A stretch of 64,000 nucleotides of DNA from the NCBI RefSeq assembly GCF_006345805.1, contig NC_043001.1, forward strand, positions 89,342,001 to 89,406,000, read 5' to 3'. Below the pieces are notes generated by a model. The model was given only the letters and a program-made list of their open reading frames with translations. It ran no database searches and was not told the origin of the DNA. Within the stretch, counting starts at the first letter, position 1. Every line of letters begins with the position of its first letter. Shown in pieces: positions 39,885 to 52,628 of this stretch. The translations under genes and the position numbers were made by a program. The stretch comes from Octopus sinensis. Lineage: Eukaryota.

Positions 39885-41004
39885 AGATAGACTGGAGGTG
39901 GTTGCCTATATATTTTAATATATATTTCTTAAATAGCAATGACCAAAGTATAGGCGAGGATGCTTTGGTTTCGTTCGATTTGTACGAGTAAAAAATTATT
40001 TGGTAAGGCCCAGCTAGTATAGAAGGTTAATCCAGAGAATGGTCTGTGGTTGAAACAGCAATAAAACTGCCTGTGTGTAAATATAAAATACAATTGCAGC
40101 TAAAGAAATGTCTCAAACGAAGCTTTCATTGTTGATTGAAATAGACTTAAATAGGTTGGCTTTTGTTTTGAGCTTCCAAGCGATCAGTCTGAAGTCGTAA
40201 ACATCCAAAGGAATCCTGTCTCATATCTCCGCACAAGTAATTCACAGCCAAATAAACCGTATGTCTTAGTGTTGTCTCAAAAGTGAAAATAATGATCCTT
40301 GGAAATCCAGTAAAGCATAATCTAATAAGAAATATTTACTGTTGCTGGTAATGATGTTGAAATTAACGATCTTATTGTTGTGTTTTAATTCCCAATTCTA
40401 GTCTGATCCTCTAGATCTTTAAAAAAAAGAAAAGAAACTCCGACTTATCCGTCAAAAGAAATAAACATCAGGGAAGCATTCAGAATTTCAATAATATATA
40501 AATACTAATAAAGCTGATGTGGGGGGGGGGCGCTTATTATAAAGTCCAATGTAAGTTAACTATATATATATATATAATGTGTTATATGTATGGCCTGGTT
40601 GTATATAGGTTGTGTGATGTGGAAAGAAAAATAAAATCTGTGATTATGTTAAGACGTGTGTATGCGAATAAAATCTGTATGGAGTATATAAAGGCTTGTG
40701 AGATGTATATACAGCCTCTAGTGTAAAAAGGCTTATGTAATGTTTCTGAAGTCCATGTAGTGTATATAAAAGCTTGTACGATGTATATAAAAATTTATGT
40801 CGTGTGTATATGTATGTGTGTACACAGGCTTGTGTGATGTTTATAAAAGCTGAAAAAGACAGTTTATATATAGATATATATAGATACGTATATAACCCTG
40901 CTGTATGTAACGATGTATAGTGTAGACGGCAGTTACTGAACAAATGGTGTCCACCTTTGTAAAGGTCGATTGTTTTCTAATGCACGACTTTGATTATCTC
41001 TCAC

Positions 41005-41038
41005 TTATTTTGGTGCTTGTCACGGGTGACGCGGACAT
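41005..41038 (-). CDS. Candidate alternative first coding exon (MSASPVTSTKI + 1 nt), or the end of a 5'UTR exon
   Basis: ATG at 41038 has an in-frame stop upstream. The donor ATAA|GTGAGA is at 41004 in phase 1, which is compatible with the 6240 exon. Upstream out-of-frame ATGs weaken the call. Confidence 0.3.
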
Positions 41039-41520
41039 TTGCAGCTGCTGCCCATCTCACTGGATACTCAATACTTCCTTCTCAGCCATCATGCAGCCAT
41101 CGTCCACACGTGACTGATGACAGCCAATCGGCGAAGTGCAACTCACACTAGAGTGGGAGTAACGAAAAGAGAATAAAAAGCGAGGAAGAAATGAAGAAGA
41201 TAAACAGAGAGTATGAGGAAAACTCAGAGAGAGAGAGAACGTGACGTGAGAGGTGTAGGAAAGATGAGAGAACACATGAATGAAAGAGAGTGGTACACGT
41301 GAGTGTGTGAACATAAGGGAAGGATAATCAGTGGTTCAATTCTCTACCTGACACCGAAAAAAAAAAAACAAAAGGAAGACAAAGCGAAAGAAAGTAGGAA
41401 GGAATGTGAGAAAGAGAAAATAAAAAGATGTGAAAGGGTTATGTAACAGGAAAAAGAAAGCCGATTGTAGGTAACGACCTCATGCAAATGAGAGTTTGGT
41501 TTCTCTGTGTCACGTGTATT
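41005..41520. promoter_or_regulatory. Probable promoter region of the minus-strand gene
   Basis: Repeat-poor and CpG-retaining. CACGTG occurs at 41107, 41296 and 41511, CCAAT at 41124, TGACGT at 41242 and the octamer ATGCAAAT at 41482. Confidence 0.4.
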
Positions 41521-43899
41521 ACTTTCAATATTCGCATAGCTAAAAGAGGGCAAGGGGGCATGTCTGTCTTGGGTAGTATTTGCTGAGAGTAGCGTAGTTA
41601 GGAGTTGGAGCAAGTGGGGAGGTCCGTTTCGGACGATACTTTTATCAGGATGACACTTCGGGCACTGCTATTTTGGCTTGGGGTTCCAACGGGAACAGCA
41701 AATTCAAGGGCTGCCCTGGGCAGCACACATTGTAGAAATCAATATTAAGTTTGTTGGGGAGGAAGTAACAATTTCAAGGACTAACTAAGCAACATGAACT
41801 CTAGCTATACCACTAATATCAGTCCCCTCAAAACTAGTAATCTAATGAATCAGCCTCTAGCTATTTCAACAGAAGTAAAACAGTTGTCTGTGCTGGAACT
41901 TTTAGTGGCCCCCAATAGCCATGGCCAGCTCTCGTGATATTCCTCTTAACTGGATGTTAATAGCCTTGGTCTTGCCTCAACAAATTGATTTCATTTTGTT
42001 TGTTTATTTATATGCATATTTATCTAATTGTCATTTATAATAATGCCTTTTTACCTGTTTCAATATATTTGCCCCTACAACACATTATTACAATGATTTT
42101 GTCTAGCAAGAAAATATATATGTACAGTGTTACAACTTATCCAATCACAGCAGTACAGAAGACAGATGAAGGGCAGAAAATACAACAAATGCGGAATCTT
42201 CATCATCCTAGAGAGCACAAGGAAAACAAAACACCAAATTTAATCAAATTATGACAATAATTCCTGAACATGTCTTGGATAGTTACATATATCTATAGTT
42301 GATGATGATGAGGAGGATGACGACGATGATGATGATGACTGTTATTTCTTCTTAGCAAAGGAACTTTAAAGTTTTGTTGTTTTTTTTTTTAATACAACTT
42401 ACCATTTCAACCTTTTCTTTGTTTTGGAAATATATTTTGCTAGACTACTACTAAGCATTTCTCAGTATTACTATTCTAAGTATTATTAAGCCATTAACAA
42501 GTATTTCTTTGTCTTTCTTTTCTCTCAGGTCAATTATTGTGTGCTCAATTTTGATTTGTTTTACACACATACAAACACACTCCATTGACATGAATACAAA
42601 CACAATGCACATAATAGTAATTTAGTAGCTGAACAGTAAAACTTTTACCACCTGCAGATTTCATTCATCCTCTCCATGGAGGCCCAACCTTCCTTGTTCT
42701 TTTACAGGTCTTAGAAAAACTGAAAGACCACTGCAATCATCATCATCATCATCATCGTTGAGGGGTAGATGTTGAATAAAATCAAATTAACTGATCCTCC
42801 TATATTTTCTTTTACCCAAAGCCAGGAACTTTTCCACACCCCTTCGAATATGTATTCTTACAAATTACAAAATATCATTTTATCTTTTTCTGAATATACT
42901 TGTATGAAAGCATATTTTGTAGGCCTGCTTCCTTTGTGTGCATTCATGCACACAAATGCAAACATCGCTTTCAGCTGGCTCACACAGTATGCAGATTCAC
43001 TTGTATTACTGCATAACTACCTTGCAGATTCATGTGCACACCTAACATGTATACATGGTATTTATTATAGCCCCTTGGCTTTCATGTTACCTTCATCATT
43101 TATTCCTGTTACTTCATTGAGTTTTGTTACATATTCTTTATATGTCCTTGTTGATTACTATTTTCCCAGTGATCTAGAAGTGTGCTGATGTAGTGATCTT
43201 ATGCAGATGAGTTTAATTTTTACCATGATTTATTTTCACCAATAAGAAACTCCAGCCAATCAGAAACTAATAGTCTACTGAGTTGACTTTTTGATATTTA
43301 GACAAAACTGAGTCTATGTTAGCTTTCTTAGCAGTCACCAGCAGCCATAGTAAGTGATTTCTTACACTTTCTCTCTAAGATGTTAGCCTTGGTCTAGTCT
43401 CAACAAAATAATTTATTCTACTTTATCGTCATATATAATTATCTGATTTTTTTCTCTCTTAACTGATAACTGTTTTTATGTTTAATATATATATACATCA
43501 TCATCAACATCGTTTAATGTCCACTTTCCATGCTGGCATGGGTTGGACGGTTTGACTGAGGACTGGCAAGCCAGGAGGCTGCTCCAGGCTCCAATCTGAT
43601 CTGGCAATATTTCTACAGCTGGATGTCCTTCCTAGTGGCAACCACTCCAAGAGTTTAGCGGGTGCTTTTTATGTGCCACCGGCATGGATGCCAATCAAGC
43701 GACACTGGCTTTGGCCATGACTATGATTTCACTTGACTCAACAGGTCTTCTCTAGCACAGCATCTTGCACAACCATTGAAAGGTACTTTTAAATGGGCCA
43801 GTTACACAACACTGGCATCAGCTACGGCTAAGATCTCATTTGGCTTGCCAGGTCTTCTCAATCACAGCATATCTCCAAAGGTCTTAGTGCTTTTCATTG

Positions 43900-45420
43900 C
43901 CTCTCTGAAGCTCAAAATTCGAAGATCATGCTTCACCACCTCATCCCATGTCTTCCTGGGTCTACCTCTTCCACAGGTTCCCTCCACTGTTTGGGTGTGA
44001 CACATTTTTACACAGCTGTCCTCATCTATACACAACACATGACCATACTAGTGCTATTGTCTCTCTTGCACACCACATCCAATGCTTCTTATGTCAAACT
44101 TTCTCTCAGGGTGCTTACACTCTGTCATGTATGCACACTGACATTACAACTCCAGCAGAGCATGCTAGCTTCATTCATTTCAAGCCTATGCATGTCCTCA
44201 GCAATTACAGCCCATGTTTCACTGCCATGTAACATGGCTGTTTGCAAACACGCATCATGCAGTCTACCTTTCACTCTAGATAAGAGGCCCTTTGTTACCA
44301 GCAGAGGCAAGAGCTCTCTGAACTTTGCCAGGCTATTCTTATTCTAGCAGCTATGCTCTTAGAGCATCCACGCCTGCAACTGACTTGGTCACTTAGGTAA
44401 TGGAAGCTATCAACTACTTCTAGTTTTGCCCCCTGGCATGTGATGGTATCTGTTTCCTGTACATCTTTGGTATTTATTGCCCCTGTGCATCTGTCACACA
44501 CTAAAACTATCTTCTTTTTGATATTGCTGTACCTCTTATGTGTCCATAGCTTACACCAGGTACATCTTATGGAGTTTCTGCCTATGCCTTTTCTACAAGT
44601 CGAGCAGGGCCATCAACCTGAAGGGATTTGTGATTTATCTGCCTTCCTTCTTGCCAAGACTTTGGTTTTTGCTAGATTGACTCTAAGGCCCTTCAATTCT
44701 AGACCCTGCTTCCACACCTGAAACTTCTTCTCTAGTTCTGATAGTGACTCAGCTATTAGAACAAGGTCATTAGCATAGAGGAGCTCCCAGGAGCATCCTG
44801 TCTTGAATTTCTCTGTTGTTGCCTAGAGGACTATGATGAATAAGAGGGTGCTGTGAACTGATCCTTGGGGAACACCTACTTCTACCCAGAATTCTTCACT
44901 ATACTCGTTGCCAACCCTCACCTTACTGACAGCATCCCTGTACATGGCTTGTACAGCTCTCACCAACTACTCCTTTATCCCTAGTTTCCACATTGACCAC
45001 CAGATAAGGGATTGGGAGACCCTGTCAAAGGCATTCTCCAAGTCAACAAAGGCCACATACATAGGTTTATCATTGGCTCAGTATTTCTACTGCAGTTGCC
45101 TTACCAGAAATATAGCATCAGTGGTGCTCCTCCCTGACACAAACCCAAACTGCATCTTGTCTAAATTTCTCCCTAATTGGGCTTTAACCCTCTGCATGGC
45201 TTTGATCAACTGGTCGACACACACACACATATATACAAAGAGACAGACAGACAGGAAGGCAGACAAATAGATAAATAGATGGATGGGTGTGTATGTGTGT
45301 GTATGTAAAAGTGTTTGTATGATGCATCCATGAACAACATTGTCACTTGCCATTGTGAGCCAATCATTGCTTCATTGCATTTTCTATGACAAAAGTGATA
45401 GATGTTCATGCACTTGACTT
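43900..45420 (-). mobile_element. RTE-clade LINE pseudogene (RT domain to C-terminus)
   Basis: MQFGFVSGRSTTDAIFLVRQLQ, LEVVDSFHYLSD, ARIRIAW and AMLHGSETWAV, with frameshifts and stops. Confidence 0.9.
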
Positions 45421-45429
45421 GCAAGCCAG

Positions 45430-46200
45430 TATCTCATCAGCCAAGATGGCTCATGTGACAGTCTGTGGAAGTTTGTTTCAAATTCTTATAGACAAGTTGT
45501 CACAAGTATGGATTTAGACATCAAGTTTGAAAGCTTGTGTGCAGGAATGAATGTCCCTTGTAAAACTGCATCTTACATACTGTGGAGATATCCTTGTTCT
45601 GAGATCTGACAGGATGAGACTTGTTGGCATTTTATAGAGAAATGTTGCAACAGCAACTTGTTTTCTGTGTTGTAAACTATTGATTGTGAGTTTTTCTTCT
45701 GAATTTGTCACAAGGTAAACTTGTCTGAAAGTGACAATTGGTGCTCCTAGATATACACTGAGTTTTATGAAGACTTTATCTGGATATGTTTTGACAGTTG
45801 CATATGCACTATTTTTGCTTGAATTTTCAGTGGTTGAAAGAGAAGAAATATCTCAATAATTTCCACAATCTTGTCTATCACCCTTACTCTTCTTGATAAT
45901 GATGACAATCTGTGTATTCTTGAACTGTTGCATTGCCAACATTCTCTGAAGAATTGAAGAAATCTACAACACAATTTCTTCCCATCATACTTATTGACTG
46001 CCATGAAAATGCTGTAAACATCCAGAGATTACCAACTCTTCTATATTCAGTGATAGATCTAAGTTGGTGTTCCTGAAAGTTGATGGACACATTCCAGTGC
46101 CTCATGAGATACTGTTGAAGTGTGGGATACAATTATCATTTGTAATAATCCCCATACATGGATTATTGCAATAATAATTCCCTCATACATTGATTCACAA
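45430..46200 (-). mobile_element. CR1/Jockey-type LINE RT C-terminal relic
   Basis: LTINSLQHRKQVAVATFLYKMPTSL matches the CR1 motif LxSLxHRRxVAxxxxxYK. Confidence 0.6.
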
Positions 46201-46689
46201 TCCTTCAAAATGAGGAGGAAAACTTCAAAAGAGAAAATAAATTTATTTGCTGGAAGTTAATGGACTCAGGTGAGATTCTCAAAACCTTGTACTTGTAGAA
46301 AAGGAGTAGCAATCATGAGCTAAGAAAGAAGAGGTACAGGATTATATGCCAGCAGTTAGAGTAGTCATATGTTTAGTCCCTAAAATGATTTCCCCTTGTG
46401 ATCCCTTTTTACCAGATGAATTTTTTCTTGTGAATCTTTCCTCCATACTATTATGGTTATAAAGAAATATAAAATTCAGCGAACAGGTAATAAAAGAATA
46501 TAAATTGTAAGTGATGATAATGAGGAGGAGGAAGGGCATCGTCATCATCCTTATCTTCCTCTCCTTCCTTCTCCTCCTCCTCCTCATCATCATCACCATC
46601 AACCCTCTCCACCACCATCGTCATCATTTTAGTACCCACTTTTTCAGTTTGCACGGGTCAGATGAAACTTGTTAAGATGTACTAATTTC

Positions 46690-46925
46690 TTATTTCTTTA
46701 CTGCCCACAAGGAGCTAAACATAGAGGGGACAAACAAGGATAGACAAATGGATTAAGTCGAATATATCGACCCCAGTGCATAACTGGTACTTATTTAATC
46801 AACCCCGAAAGGATAAAAAGCAAAGTCGACCTTGGCAGAATTTGAACTCAGAACGTAGCAGCAGACGAAATACCACTAAGCATTTCGCCTGGCATGCTAA
46901 CGTTTCAGCCAGCTCGTCGCCTTAA
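46690..46925 (-). mobile_element. tRNA-derived SINE with a MetaSINE-like core; further copies at 24235-24440, 56685-56870, 2520-2745 and 25020-25180
   Basis: The minus-strand core TTTTATCCTTTCGGGGTTGATTAAATAAGTACCAG follows the B-box-like GAGTTCAAATTC. Confidence 0.8.
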
Positions 46926-47111
46926 GATGCACTAATTTCTACCACTGGATATATTTCTTGTCACCAACTTTCACCTGTTTCCAAATAAGGTAATATTTCA
47001 TCTGATTCTTTGAACATGAACAGCTCAATAGCTAGACATATTTTCAGTGAAGACTGCAAACAAATGAACAGTGACTTTGCTTGCAATCAATACACAGATT
47101 TCAAGATAAAG

Positions 47112-47151
<40 letters not shown>

Positions 47152-47374
47152 CAGGTTTTTTTTATAGCTTCAGATTCCAGATTCACTCACAAGGATTTGG
47201 TCAGCGCAGTGCTGTTATATAAGGCACTTGCACAAGGTGCCACACAGCAAAATCATGCAGCAGACGAACAAAGTTCTTAATCACAGACCAAAACTCAGAG
47301 AATATAGAACAGTATACCTACGCAGCCATGCAAAATTTAACTAATAACAAAAAGATTTCCATATATTCAATAGG

Positions 47375-47760
47375 ATGGGGCGCTTGTTTGTGGCAACAGA
47401 ATCTATCTACTCTAGTTTGATATTTGTCAGAGATGTTCTTCAGGGAATTTTTGCATTCTCAATAGTTGAGCAGAATTTTGTTTGTATTATTATAGCTGAA
47501 AATACTGACTCATATGAATGTATGGTGGAAGAAAATGTTAAAACAGCCCTCATTGCTAATTCATAGAGTATTGAACTTTCTGATTTCACATTCAGCCAAA
47601 AATGAATAAATAAAATGCTCCAGTTTATTTTGGGAAAATTCAAGTTTGGGAATTGAAATGCAAAACGGATCAACATTTAAATTCTTCTTGAGCCTTTCAA
47701 CAAAAGATTTTCTACCATGTATTTTTCTGTCTATGGTAAAATACATAAGTGGAACTGTTT
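47375..47760 (+). mobile_element. Possible L1/Tx1 RT relic
   Basis: RDVLQG...FAFSIVEQ...VKTALIANS weakly resembles RGVRQG...LFxLxIEP...KLSLYADD. Confidence 0.3.
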
Positions 47761-48206
47761 CCCAAATATATCAAATACACTTTTACAATGTACTTAACCC
47801 TTTTGTTACCAAATTTCTTCAGAAATGCACTACCTTTGTTTCAATTAATTTTTAAAACAATACAGAAACCTTACCTAACTTCCTGCATTTCCAACCTGGA
47901 TAAGTTATTTTCTCTGAACATCAGTTATATGCACTTTATGCATGAAAGACATAAAAAATAGACACAGAATTGGTATTAATTTGATGCTTAAGAAATAGGA
48001 AAAAGAAAGAATGAAATGTCTTCAACATTTTGAGTACTTGCTCTTCAGTGGAAAGATAGGACAGACATAGGGTAAGTAGACAAGTAATGGAAATTGGAGA
48101 AACTGAAATATATGTTTATCAAACCATAATGACATATAGTTAAGAGGTTGATTTAGGTGTGAGTGGTAAGGGGAGCAACTGTGAAACTGGCATATGTATT
48201 GGCATA

Positions 48207-49110
48207 CGAAGGGGTACCCAAAAGTAACTGGAAACATTCTCTGTGGGACAAGCCTGTTGCAGTTCAGGCTTCTATCACTAGATGCCACTTGATGTGACCC
48301 TCAGGCATCAGTATGCTAACTGGCATAGTCAAGTGGAGTCATACTGCCACATTGTGTATCTTTGTTTTGCAGTGCTTCTCCCACCGTTCATCAATTTTTG
48401 CAACAGCTGAAACAAAGGAACTGCATGCTTCCATGAAATTCTGTTTTCTGTTTAGGAAAACAGTGGTTGAAACAGTTGTCATGCTTCAAACAGCTTACAA
48501 AGTCACTGCCATAAGTTAAACACAAGTTTACAAGTGGTTTTCATGCTTTAGGAATGATCACTTATTGCTTGAAGCCCAAACTCATTCAGGGTGACCATCG
48601 ACCTCCTGAATGAATGAAAACATCATGAAAATTCCTGAACTGATCTTGGAGGACCTTCACTAAACAATTGACAAACTTGTTGATATGAGTGGTGTGTCCT
48701 GGAGCTCCTGCTAACGAATTTTGAGTAAGAAATCGCAAATGAAAAGAGTTGCAGCAAAATTTCTGCCTTGCTTGCTCACTGAAGATCAAAAGCGGTCATG
48801 ACTGAATAAGTGTCGTGAACTGAAAGAAAAGTTGAAAGTTGATCTGGACTTTTTTTTGAAGGTCATCACTAATGATGAAAGCTGGTGCTATGGAATTTGC
48901 AGATGTGGAAGAGGTGAAGACAAAAAAAGAGGCATTAAAAGGCCTCATTTTGCAAGAGTTCTAGTACTAATTCCAACAGTGGAAAACATGTCTGGACTGA
49001 TGCATTGCTTCAAATAGAGAATACTTTGAAGGCGATAAAAGTGTAAGCATGTAAAACTAAGTGAATAAAATAATATTGCAAAATTCTGGTTTCTTTTGGG
49101 TATCCCCTCG
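48207..49110 (+). mobile_element. Internally deleted mariner transposon with TA target duplications
   Basis: TA-CGAAGGGGTACCCAAAAG...CTTTTGGGTATCCCCTCG-TA. Internal frames read MKFCFLFRKTVVETVVMLQTAY, KVITNDESWCYG (first catalytic D) and ASNREYFEGD. Confidence 0.92.
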
Positions 49111-49737
49111 TATGTGTGTGTGCATGTTTGCTTGCTTGTTTGTATGTACATGTGTATATAAAACTGCTCTGTGTGTGTGTGTATACTATGTATGTTTGTA
49201 TGTGTGCTTGCTTACTTGATTGCAAGTGTGTATACAAAGCTGTTGTGTTTACTAGATATATGTATCTGTGAAATAAAGGTAATACAAGTGTGTGTAGGGG
49301 TTGGGAAGTATAAGTGTATTCATATTTTCTCATTACTGTATGTATGCATAAGAGTAGCACATGGAACTGTAATTAAAGTGTGTGTGAAGTAGATAATAAG
49401 TGTATGTGTGCATTGTTTAAATGTGTTGGTGTGTATGGTGTTGAGTTTTTTGCTAATAGATGTTGTGTAGGCATGTGGGAGGTTTTCAATGACAGGCCTG
49501 TGGGAATCTATGAGGTGGATGGTGTGTGTAAAGTGGAATGAAAAGGGGTTAGGAATTAAGACCATTGAGACCAATGTCTAGAGAGAAAAAAATCATCTCT
49601 GTCACACATGGAGATGGGATTTTGGGTGGGATCTCCATGGAAGGCCAGGTTTTGCCCTGTTAGTCCAATTAAGGCTTGTAGGCTGAAACTTCAAAATTAC
49701 TCTCACTACTCTTCTTGTAAAAATATAGTAAATGTGG

Positions 49738-49920
49738 CACACAAAAAACACCCACTACACTCTTGGAGTGGTTGGCATTAGGAAGGGCATCCAGCTGTAG
49801 AAACTCTGCCAGATCAAGATTGGAGCCTGGTGCATCCATCTGGTTTGCAAGCCTCAGTCAAAATCGTCCAACCCATACTAGCATGGAAAGCGGACGTTAA
49901 ACGATGATGATGATGATGAT
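49738..49920 (+). mobile_element. Young SINE 3' part with an RTE-type tail ending in (GAT)n; related copies at 9120-9380, 17160-17370, 26000-26220, 30400-30720 and 43495-43950
   Basis: tggttggcattaggaagggcatccagctgtagaaac...gcatggaaagcggacgttaaacgatgatgat recurs in both orientations. Confidence 0.8.
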
Positions 49921-49943
49921 CTATATGTGTGTGCACATGGGAA

Positions 49944-50837
49944 CATTGGGTTGTCAGATAAATTCATTCATTTTTTAAAAATCTATTTTGATCCTTATTT
50001 TCCATCAACAGTTTTTAAAAATCAGTTAATAATACTGTATATTTTCCTTCATTGTTTAGGACTGCTTGCCAACATTCCACTAGCTCATCAATGCCTTGAT
50101 GACAGAAATCACTAGATCTTGACTTTAAGAATTCATTGAGCCATGTTTTCAACTCCATGTCACAGACTGATGAAGAGCAACTGAAAAAGGTGATAATCTG
50201 AAAGTGTTATATCAGGAGAATATGAATAGAACTTCTCACCTGAGCCCTCAAATAGCATTTTTAATCAAATTAGTGACATGAGGTGATTGTTGTCATGTTG
50301 AAGAAGCATGTCCTGTCATCAGTCAGCTGGATTTCCCATTGAGTGACGGTGACAGGTGATGGTAGCATAAGTGCATCCCATCTACTGGGTCAATTCCTTA
50401 ATGGATTCTTGTGGATGAGCTCATTCAGTTGATTTTCATTGAACTGAACATGTCAGCCAGAATACAGAGCATCTGTGAGATAGAATTTCTCTTCTTTGAA
50501 GAATGAAAACCATTTCTGTGCAGTTCTTTCAACAACAAAGCCTTCTCTGTACACAGCATGAATGTCTCAGAAAGCTTTGGCAGCTTTGGAAACTTGATTC
50601 AAAATGAAGAGAAGATGATGTCAAAAATGCTAATTTTTTATTTCTTGGCACTCCATTACCATCTATATGAAAAGATGTAAAATTAATTTAAATTTCAATG
50701 GTAATAAATGAAAATTGTAGAGGAAGAATAGAGGAATAGAGTGACAAAAGAGCCACAAACCACCACGATAAAAGTATTTTTCAAGTCAATTGAAATAACA
50801 TGGGAAAAAATAAATGAAGTTATCAGATAAACCAATA
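49944..50837 (-). mobile_element. Second mariner of a different subfamily, internally deleted
   Basis: Inverted repeats ATTGG(G/T)TT(G/A)TC(A/T)GATAA at both ends. The minus strand encodes MECQEIKN...HLLFILNQ...ERTAQKWFSFFKE, a mariner N-terminal HTH. Confidence 0.8.
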
Positions 50838-51049
50838 TGTATATTGTCAGACTCATTAGCTGGAGGTACATAAACTCTCAACAGCTGCTGGAAGAAGGAA
50901 TATACATCTTGGTCAGTTGAAGTTGTAAACAAATATTCCTAGAAAGAAATTCTACTGAAAGTAAATCTGGGTGAAGAGGAGTTATCCCCCTTACATGAGT
51001 TCCAGTTGCATCTAAAATGGGTTAGTATATAGGTGATTGCTCTTTCCTA

Positions 51050-51370
51050 GTTGGCAAACGGGGAATTCCATGTTTCCAACACAAATTTCCTCTGAAGAGG
51101 GCACCAACTAAACATTTCATTTTTGGAGTTAAAAAAGATCCTCAGTTTTTCAGGAATTTTATTCTCTCAGCCAAGCAAAGCCTACATCGTTTGCATCCAT
51201 TGAGGTATGATCCCAATTGATCTAGCAACCTCCATTTAATTATGTATCATGTATCCTCCTCTTTAAAACACCATATATAGCTGGTATCCTAAAAGAGGAC
51301 CTGTGATTGTTAAGACATTGCTTGAATGGATCCGCTGCGGATTCAACATGTTTCTTTGTCTGTACCTTTG
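51050..51370 (-). mobile_element. Penelope-like element, GIY-YIG C-terminal relic
   Basis: KKHVESAADPFKQCLNNHRSSF and SKNEMFSWCPLQRKFVL match the PLE motifs YIGxTxxxFKxRxxNHxxSF and NKRSExxSxCRHxxKF. Confidence 0.6.
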
Positions 51371-52394
51371 TGCTGCAGTTGTTGTTACAGCTGGATCTGT
51401 TGCTACTGCTATTGGTGTCACTGATGTTGCTGTTATTGCTGGATGCAATGGTGGTGCTGTAGTTATTGCTGTTGTTACCACCATCATTGCTACTGTTGGA
51501 TGCATTATTGGTGCTGTCTTCTCCTTCTTCTTCTTCTTCTTCTTCTTCTTCTTCTTCTCCCAGTCAGGACTCACACCATTAGCCACAAAGAATAATATCT
51601 AATTCAAGCCTACTCTAAGCTACTAAGAATGCGTGCAGCAACTTGAAGATCCACCCACCACACACGATAGACTGACGATTGCACAGACGTGAAAGCTACG
51701 ATGTTATCCTCATTCCCTAAACGGTGGCTTTTAACGGGCGGAGAGCTGAACCATCCTGGGGTATAGAGGATTCGCAATCTAGACTAGGGTCTAAAAGTTT
51801 ACCACACCATAGTGGGTTACATCATGGTTCCTCTGCTTTGTGGCAGAAGTAGGAATAAAGAGTGAGAGAAAGTTGTGGTGAAAGAGTACAGCAGGGTTCA
51901 CCACCACCACCCACCGGAGCCTTGTGGAGCTTAGGTGCTTTTGCTCAATAAACACTCCAATGCCTGGATCAGGAATCGAAACCGAGTTCTTACCACTACT
52001 GCAATTGTTGTTACCAGTGGATATATTGGTGCCTGTGCTGATGTAAATACTGCCACTGCTGCCTTTGCTACCAGACACCACCTCAGCTTCATAGACCTTG
52101 ACTTTGGAGTAGCATCAACTTAGCCCCACTGGGCACTCATTGCTAACCCTGCATGAGCATCCTGCTTCTGCATGAAGTTTATAGAAATTCACTAATATAT
52201 TTTTAATGCTGGGTGCACAGCTGAAAAAGACCCTTAAGTTGAGTCTATGAAACAATCGCCTGTGTCTATGTGACCATATAAAGTGTTTGTCCATTAATCT
52301 AAGGAATATCCTTCTCAAGTGGGTTTTGATATTGAAGGGTGGGGCAGATTAAGCAACCTTATAATGGTACTTCCTATATATATAAATATGTGTA

Positions 52395-52470
<76 letters not shown>

Positions 52471-52474
52471 ATAT

Positions 52475-52506
<32 letters not shown>

Positions 52507-52628
52507 ATTATATATATATATATAATATATATATATATATATAATATATATATATAGTTATATATATATATTTTTATTTTTATAGTATAGGGAAAAATAA
52601 TTTTTTTCACAATTATAACAAATTAAAT

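Noticed and set aside
41630-41740. U6 snRNA-like words (GGACGATAC, AGGATGACAC, GGCAGCACA) downstream of an octamer
   Set aside because: The words are in the wrong order and spacing, and there is no ACAGAGA box and no T-run terminator.
42500-42760. Strong plus-strand acceptors (ttctctcag|, cttttacag|) suggesting a divergent gene
   Set aside because: There is no convincing coding frame or good donor. A non-coding exon cannot be excluded without RNA data.
50161-50200. CTGATGA...GAAA hammerhead-like spacing
   Set aside because: Helix III cannot form, the register of helix I is wrong, and it lies inside a mariner.
51090-51110. CTGAAGA motif as a possible hammerhead
   Set aside because: There is no GAAA or helix partner; it is the antisense of PLE coding sequence (CPLQR).
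51263-51602. Poly-K/poly-F and Thr/Ala-rich ORFs
   Set aside because: They derive from a (TTC)n tract, probably a LINE tail, and degenerate trinucleotide repeats. The plausible E/N-rich frame has stops immediately upstream and runs into a Penelope relic.
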